From Diplonema japonicum (Eukaryota; Protista; Euglenozoa: Diplonemea), in NCBI GenBank assembly GCA_964019335.1, contig OZ025714.1, positions 310,001 through 374,000 of the forward strand: a stretch of 64,000 nucleotides of DNA, given 5' to 3'. The notes beneath the pieces were generated by a model. That model did no database searches, was not told the DNA's origin, and was given only the letters and a program-made list of their open reading frames with translations. The position numbers and the translations under genes are program-made. Shown in pieces: positions 56,101-64,000 of the stretch (within the stretch, counting starts at the first letter, position 1; the number at the start of each line of letters is the position of its first letter).

Positions 56101-59100
56101 TCTCACGCATGTTCCATTGGTAGTGGAACTTGATGGCGGTCGGCAGGAAGTTCTTTGCGACGGCCTTGTGGAGCTTGATCGTTGCGGCGGTGATTCCTTC
56201 GGCTACGTTCCTTGTGTCCTTCGACCACTTCGCCCAGTGCCCCTTCATGATCGACCCGTAGATGAGATTTAAGTCATTTTCATCGGGCATCGAGCATGCA
56301 AACATGCTGTAATGCCACAGCAGCCTGTCTAGAACTGTGAAGGTTCCTGACTTGGGGTTCATGGCGGCTAGGTACTGCGCACTTGCGATCTCTTTCAAAG
56401 GGAATCCAGGCTTTATTCTGTCGTACCAGAACTGGTAGTCCATGTGCTGGCGGAGGAACGCGATGGCCTCCTGTGTCCCGTACTTATCCGGGCTGGGCAT
56501 GTTCAGATCGTCAACAAAGTACACGAGCCTCTTCTTCCCTGGTGGGCCGAATGTTTTACCGTGCTTCTTCTCCAGTTTCTGCTCCATGACCGACTGGAGA
56601 CCCTTCGGCTGCGTCAAAGCGTTGAACGCGATGGTTTGGAACACCCAGTCTTGTTGGTCAAGGTTGCTCAACTGCTTCAGAATGATGTTGCTCTTCCCGG
56701 TACCAGCTGTTCCGACAAAGATGACAGGCGCCTTCAGCCCCATAAGCTTCTTCATCAAGAAGTTCAGCCTAGTTGTGTCGACGGTGTCAATGGAGATGTC
56801 AGCGAAGGGCATCTCGAAGTTGTGCTTGTACACAGGCACGATGGTGGACCAAGAAACAAATTCCTTGTCTTCAGACTTGTCAGGGATGAACGTGTCGAAG
56901 ATGGACTGCTTCTCCTCAAGGGTCAGGCGGATCGTGGGGAATTCCTTCTTCCACCAGTTGCTGAAGTTCATCCTGAAATCGATACGACCGTCCGATGAAA
57001 GCGGCCCGCCGAACGCCCATACCAAACAGAACAGGAAATATTTCTCATAATACTCAGAAGGCGCTCCAGGAGAGATGTTCTCGGGCACCAACAACCCTTC
57101 AAGCAGCCTACACACTGTTTGCACAATAGACAGATCGGAGACTCCGACAATGGGTTTCATGACTCTCTTGTAGTAGTCGAAGATGTGCATGACGTACTTG
57201 TCGAAGAGGTTGTCTAGGTAGGTGCGTTCCTTTTCATCTTCACGGGTGGCGATCCATTTGTCCTTGAACGGGCCCCATCCCAAGTCAGTGTCGTTGATGT
57301 AGATGATACCCGCACGGGAGACGGTCGCGGGGGAGGCATTCTTCAGGTCGGAGATCTCGAAGATCATTCGCATGCTTGCGGTGAGGGGGATGCGCTCGTT
57401 GGAGGCGAGCGTCAACATCCTGTTGTCGTCCATCACGGTGTTCATGGACTCGATCCACTCGGCGTCGATGATCCCGTCCAGCACCAACCACTTCGAGTTC
57501 GTCTTCGTCTGAGACAGTTCCGCGTAGTCACGGAACACGTTCGACAGCAGGCCGTCCTTCCATTCACGCGACTGCGGGTGGATGTACCCGTACAGTTCAT
57601 CGGACGTGACTGCCTTCGGGTTCATCACCTTGTAGTCGCACGGGTCGCCCATAATACGGAAGGCTCTTGCAAGCGTCATCCAGCACTGACTCTTACCACA
57701 CCCTGCGGGGCCCATCACAAACACGGAGTGACGTACATCCAGCAGCTCTGCGTACTGCACACACCGGAGGATGAAAATTTCGTTCTCGCCTCTCAGCAGC
57801 TTCCTCTCCAGTGTCGCCTCCTTGCAAGCCTCGTACAGTTTCGGGTCTGATTTTGGCGGTACGTCCAACTGCGGGAACAACGCCCTGATCAACCCCATGA
57901 ACACGAACACATCATCCCTTGATAGTTTTGCCATGTTCGTGTCACGCAGGGCCCTCATCAGAACAGCCCTCTCCGGCACGTCGGGGTCGCCACGTTTCAA
58001 GGCTCCCGCGATGTACAGAACGGATTTGACGGCTCGCAGACCCCAATCGTAATGCGCCTGCGGGGAGAGCAGCTCTTTGTTCAGTTTGTAGAGCGTCACG
58101 AACTTGAGGGCGAGATCCTTGGCATCCTGGAAACCTTCCGCGGCAAGCATGATCTCGCAGATGTTCTTCAAGTCGGGCACACACATAGCACACGGACGGA
58201 AGAGTGACTTGATGTTCTCGGGAAGCTCAGTACGCCCAGCGTAACCGGGGTTCATGGTGATCCACATGCCGACGTTCGGGATAAGGGAGATCTCTTCGTC
58301 CATGAACTTGAACTTCTTTTTCCCGAGCTTGACAGCGTTCAGGATGGAGCCCACCTGCGTGGCGACGACGGACAGCACTTGGATGGGAATACGGTTGAAC
58401 TCGTCGAAACAACCCCACGACCCAGACATGGAAAGCCCCTTGAAGATCTGCCCCAGACTGAGGTAGTCCATCTGATCTGAGCAGTTGAACACGTAGCACG
58501 CAATACCCAAGTTTCTGGCCAAGTCCTTCGTGGTCTCTGTTTTGCCGGTTCCGGCAGGTCCTGCAGGGGCACCTCCCTTTACCAGACGTAGGGCTTGTGA
58601 CAGTGTGATGTAACATCTGTCGGTCAGCTTGGTGATGACGAGGCACCCGCAGAGCCCGATGTACTCGTACCCGTTGATGAAAGAAGCATCACAGATGTCG
58701 ATAATGGAGCCCCTCTTGTCGTCCCATGAGTAGCGCAGCTGGGACTGCCATGTGAAGGTGTCACGGGACTCGACCTTCTCGTCGATCATCCATGCGATGA
58801 CGTCACGTGCGTGCACGTCGATGGTGATCAGGTGGACGAGCATTTTACGTTCGTTCGATGTGATCTTGACAAGCACCATGTTGATGAGCCCTCTGATCTG
58901 CGTCTCCTGTTGTTTGAAGAAGTCCTTCATCGCTGTTTCGTTCCCATCCTCGAGCTGCGCGAAGGCCTGTTCGCACTCGCTGGTGAACCAGATACGCGAC
59001 ACCACAATGATCGTCTGCCCTGGATACCCCCTCTTCATGATCCATTCCACACGCGGGCTTTCCACATAAGATGTGTGCCCCTCTTGAATAGAATTCTTGA

Positions 59101-62100
59101 TAGTGTTGAACATAAGGCTTACACAGCCGTTCAGCCAGTCTTCTACAGGACCGTCGCACTCATATTCATTGCACACTGGAACCACCTCTCCTTGGATGGA
59201 AACGATTTCTGTTGCAGTCTTGGTGCCTTCTCTGATGGTGTAGGTCTTCACGGAGTCGATAATCTTCGACATGTGCCGCATGACGGCGACGGGGTCGCTT
59301 CCCTTTGACAGGATGTCGATGAGATCGGTGTTGGAGATGAAGAAGAATCGCGCGAAAAGCTTCTTCTTGCCCTCCAGGTACTCGGTCAGCTTCTTCTGGC
59401 AGGTTGTTAGGGTGTCGTCGATGGTGTTTAGGAGTGTTTCGAAGTCGTCGTCGCGCTGCAGCTGCCTCTTGACCAGATCGCTGCAACAAACGTCTATAAC
59501 AGCCGTATGGGTGTGGACCTTCGACATCATCGTCCGGTATAAGTCATCGGCGCCTTGGAACGCCCTTGCGTCTTCTTGAAGCTGCTCTCTAATGTCAGCA
59601 GATTCGATGAAAATGGGGTACAAGTTCTTCCACATTTTTTGGATTTCCATCCATTTTACCATCGATGTCTCCACCATCCCAAGGTTGCCTTGCCACTTGT
59701 TCACTTGGTCGCTGAACTCTTCAACGAATCTGTTGGACTGCATTGTCTGCAAGATGTTGAGGTGCTCCTCCAGCACTTCAACGATGTCGTCGATCGCCGA
59801 TAGGAGGTAGCAGTTCAGTCCTTGGTGGAACTCGTATGCGAAGTGCGCGTCGTTGTCCCAGAAAGTCGACACTTTGCTGAGATCCTTCTCGATTTTGAGC
59901 TCCTTTGTTGCCTTTTCGACAATGTTGCCTACGTCCTCTACATAATTGTGCAGGCCCAACCCCAGCAGGTCTCTCAATGCAAATTCGTCACTGTCGGGGT
60001 CGATTGCATTGGGGTCGACTTCGCACTTCTTCAGCAATTGTCTCCAGTGTCTGTCCCTCATTGCCGGGTTCCTCAGTTCCACAACCAATGGAAGCGTGGT
60101 GAGCATATCCTTCACTTCTGTCTCCAGGCCTGTGAACGTTCCTGTGCTCTTGCATTTGAGAGGCATTCCCTTCATTTGTTTTTGGATCTTCTTCGCCTCT
60201 TCGATCAGGTCATCAGGCATCATCAGTTTGAACGTCTGGCACATCCAGTCGGAGAATTGCGACTTCACATGTCCCACGATGTCCCACAGTTGCTTGAGCA
60301 GCAGCAGCTCTTGCCTGCACTCCTTCAGCTCTGTCAGCTCCGTCGGCGTCAAGTCGAACAGCTCCTGCACATCGTTCAGCTCCTTGGCAAGGACCTCCTT
60401 GTCGTTGAGATGCTGGTTCCACGACACCAGCTCCTTGTATGCTTCCTCGACTGTGATGTCGTATTGGAAGGGCTTCAATGTTTTGAAGGACATCCTGAAC
60501 CCGAGTACTTGCTCTTCCATCTCTAGGGCCCTGCTCTTGATCAGCATGGCTTCGGTGTCTTGTCTCTGTCCGTTGGCCGACCTGACGTTGAACACTTTCT
60601 TCATGAGGTGCGACCATTTGTCAGGTGCCTCTTTCCTCAGGTCCTCCAGATGTGTTAGTTGCTTGTCGTTCACAGTATCGCCGTGCTGCCTCAGCAGCTG
60701 GATGCCCTCCGTGATGGGACCGAACATGGCACGTGTTGTTACGTCGCGCACCCTGCAATCCCTGATGTGCTTCAACACCCTTCTGAGTGCCTCCTCCCCT
60801 TCCTGGTCGTCTTGTACTTCTTCGTCGAGCCCGGTGTCGACATGTTCTATGAACGTGTAGTGGTCCCTCAGTTCTGTTTCGATCTTGTCCACGATGTACC
60901 CTGTGTAGGTCTCGATCCACTTCTTGCAGCAGTCCTTCAGCGATTCTCTGATGGGCTTCGAGTCGATCCTGAGCCACCCCACCACAGCAGAAGGCGGCAA
61001 CTCGTTGATCTTCTCCAGCAGTTTCTCATACTTCGTGATCTGCTGGTCGAACAGGTCCAAGTGCACCCCGAAGAACTCAGACTCTTCGTCGTCGTCCTTA
61101 GGTTTTTCCTCACCATCGTCGTCGTTGTTCTCGGCGGGTGGTGGGGATAGGAAGAGCTGGAACTCCTTCTTCATGTCCTTTTCCCAGAGGTCGGAGTGGG
61201 TAAGGAACTGGCCCGCAAACTTATGGCACTGCTCGGCGGAGGCTGTGATCATCTCGTTGATCTGCTTGGCCATCGAGTTAGCATCTTTGTGCGCATAGAC
61301 GTCTTGCGCGTAGTTATCGTCACCTGTGTCGAGCCTTGTGATGCACGTGGCGGTGTCGTTGTAGTCCTTGATCCACTCGTTGACGATGGTGTCGATGGAT
61401 CCGGTGCCTTCTTTCGAAGACAGATGCGGCACAAAGCGTGCTTCTTGGGCTTCAGTAGATAGCACAGCCGGCTGTGTGAGGACGAGTTTGATGTCCAGCA
61501 AAGGGAGCCCATCGTTCTCTTTCAACCACTCGCTGTTTACTTGGTCGCGCAAGTTCTTCAAAGAGTGCACCACGCTCATGCACACTAGCTCCTTCACTAT
61601 CTCATTCGCATGGCTAACGTATGCAACCCAGCATTCCGTATCGGCTTCTAGAAGAGGAAGCCCCAGCTGTTGCTTCAGGTTGTTGACAGTGGAAAGAGAG
61701 TCGGCTGTGTACTCATGCATCTGCTTGCCTCTATCGGTGAGGGATTTCTCACGTGTCTTGCGCTGTTCGGTGTATTTCTTCTGGAAGTCTTCGACCGACA
61801 TGGTTTTGGCATCTTTTGCGTTGATGGGTAGGAACTTGTCCTCAGCGGAGTACTCCGCAAGGGAGTCTTTGATGAGCTTCGTGTTCCCTTTCAATGTCTT
61901 GAAAACATGGTCCAGGGCCTCGACAGACTTCATTGAGAGCTCGATGAACTCGTCGATGTCGGGAGAGTGCCAATTGAGGCGTCTGAGACCACGTTGGAGC
62001 TCCTCATCGAATTGTTGAAGCTCTGCGGTGAGAAGCGGTTTTTCAACATCAAGCATGTTGCCCATGAGGGTGTTGAAGGTAGAGACGATCATGTCAAGCT

Positions 62101-64000
62101 TCAGGATTTGCATTCTAAACTGGTCCCGCATTTTGTACAAGGTCAAGGCTTGCGGTGGAATGACGAAGGTTTGGTCCTCTTGGGTCTCGGACGCGTTCAT
62201 GATCTCCAAGTAGTTGATCTCGCGTAGCATTTTCACGAGCTCGGGGTCGAAGTTAACCTTGACCTGGCCGGAGGTTTCGTCTTTGTTGAGGAGGTTTAGT
62301 TTCAGTTTTTCGCTTGATGTTGCGCCGACTTGTCCGGCCCATTTGTCGGCGCAGGCGTGGATGTAGGCTTTGAGGTTGTTGGAAAGCTGCCTTTGAAGAT
62401 TCAATGTTTCAATGGCGAGCTCGCTTTGCATCACGGGTTTCGACAGTTCCGTGATGCGCTGGTACGGCTCAGAGATCCTCTCGAACAGGCCCTTGGCGAA
62501 GATGAGCTGCGACGATGTCTGCGGCATCCTGTTGTAGACCGTGAGCTTCGACATGGTATCGTCTTTGAAGGTGTGGAAACACTCTTGTACCGACAATAGA
62601 TCGTTTTGATAGGCCTTCAGGACGTCGAGCTGCCGCTTCTGCCATTCCTGGTGGATCACTGACCTGTCCAAAAAGCCTTCATACGTGTCGACCAGCTTGA
62701 AAGCGTTGTACAAAGCCTGCGCGTCTTCCATCGATTGAGAAAGCATGGAACCAAGCCGCATTTCCATCTTCCGGACATGTGCTCTAAACGCAGAAAAGTC
62801 GTGATCGAATCTGGGCTCTTCCACGTTCAACAAGTCGTAACCACCTTCCTCCGGGCTGTGGAATTCTTGGTACACCGCGAGGAATTCCTTGTAGATTTGC
62901 ACGATGTTTTGGGAGAGCTCCGCTCCTTGTGTGCCGCCGATCTCAACTTTTTCAAGCCTGTTGAACAACATTGCGGTCTCTAACACATCCAGTAGATCGT
63001 GGCATCGCTCCAGGAAAGCGTCGAGCCGGGAGAAGAGAGTGGTGTTTTGGAACTTCCATGACCGAGGCTTCACTTCTTCCGTCCCGTCGACAGCTTCTCT
63101 TCCGGCTTTGCTTTTGTAGTGAAAATACCATGTTTTGAAATGGCTGCAGACGGTGAGGGTGCCCGAGAGGCGCTTTACAGCTTCGTCGGGCTCGCATTGA
63201 AATAGGTCTTCGATATTTACATTGGCCTTGGCAGAGCTGATCAAATCGTTGCAAACTTCTCTAATGAGAATGACGAGCCTTGTTGGTGTGTTGTAGTGCT
63301 TCGAGTGGGTCCACAGGATGTACACGTAATGGAACAGCTTTTTAAAAATCCCCTGCGATATTAGGTTTTCAAAGCTTTCCGTGTCCTGGGCGTCGGCGAT
63401 GTCGAAGAAGGTTTCTTTCAGCGGTTCGAGGAATCTGTAGTTTTCACGGGCTTCTTCAGCGCTTTTTCTCAGCTCGGCGATCAGTTCGGAAAAGGGTTTG
63501 TGATACGACGACCCGGCTTTGGACAGCATCACGATCACCTTCAAAACCTTCGACGCGTGAAGCTGTTCTTCCAACGACAGCAAGTTGTCACGTTTGTTCC
63601 GCCAAAATTCAAGCTCTTCCTTAGGGCCGGGATGGCCTTCGACAAGCATTGATTCAGGACTTTGTTGCATCGCTGATTTTATTTGCGCTGTCCACGCGAC
63701 AACGACTGATTCAAGCTGGTACAGAAGATCTTTATCACGGGTGGGCTCGTCAACTTTGTCCGGGAAGGATATTGGCGGTAACGGAAGCAATGTCCGGCCA
63801 CCGCAGAGCCCGTTCGTCACCAAAACATGTGCTAGGTAAGTGTGCACGTTTTCCATCAACGCTGGTTGTGCGACCTCGGGTATTTGTTCTATGTTTTTGT
63901 CGATTTTCAGAAGCGGGAGGAACACAGATCTTGAGTACTGGTCCAGAGTGTCCAACGGTCGAACATACAAATCGCCGAAAATTATGGTTTTGTTGATGTT
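50175..64000 (-). CDS. Axonemal dynein heavy chain, outer-arm beta-like (5' end beyond the window); introns 52506-52552, 52204-52250, 51117-51174, 50325-50378
   Basis: DHC_N1/N2, P-loops GPAGTGKTET, GPAGCGKS, GTAGTGKS and GVGGSGKQS, CFDEFNR, stalk coiled coil, and C-terminal YECPLYKTQARGP...WVIAGVGMILDVVE*. Four GT-AG introns restore the frame. Confidence 0.96.

Noticed and set aside
9-63996. Numerous plus-strand ORFs in the track
   Set aside because: They are antisense shadows of minus-strand genes with no recognisable motifs.
1-64000. tRNA, rRNA or spliced-leader RNA genes
   Set aside because: No cloverleaf, rRNA or SL exon signature was recognised. A covariance search would be needed to exclude small RNAs.

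Overview
This is eukaryotic nuclear DNA, probably a euglenozoan and most likely a diplonemid. That assignment is inferred from three things: every gene lies on one strand, poly-pyrimidine/AG signals precede genes, and the adenylate-cyclase and 24-aa LRR families are kinetoplastid/diplonemid-like. About 20 protein genes run head-to-tail on the minus strand, separated by homopolymer-rich spacers: arylsulfatase (partial), Kelch-RING, DCC thioredoxin-like, MORN/Btk-Zn-finger, two hypotheticals, DBP8/DDX49 helicase, VWA-Cache (alpha2delta/CACHD1-like), PCIF1-like methyltransferase, formate-THF ligase, inositol 5-phosphatase, tandem-UBL CaaX protein, DM10-like protein, two tandem adenylate cyclases, a MATE transporter, an ARM-like protein, a zeta-toxin-like kinase and an axonemal dynein heavy chain (partial). 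Accessory DNA includes defective non-LTR retrotransposons, a kinase-LRR pseudogene with 72-bp modular repeats, a ferric-reductase pseudogene, small inverted-repeat elements and a 183-bp-arm palindrome. The most striking signal is 12 short GT-AG introns (46-82 nt), reconstructed by hand, that mostly have poly(A)/purine tracts rather than polypyrimidine tracts before the 3' AG. The putative trans-splice acceptors, by contrast, have classic poly(U) tracts. No rRNA, tRNA or CRISPR array was recognised.
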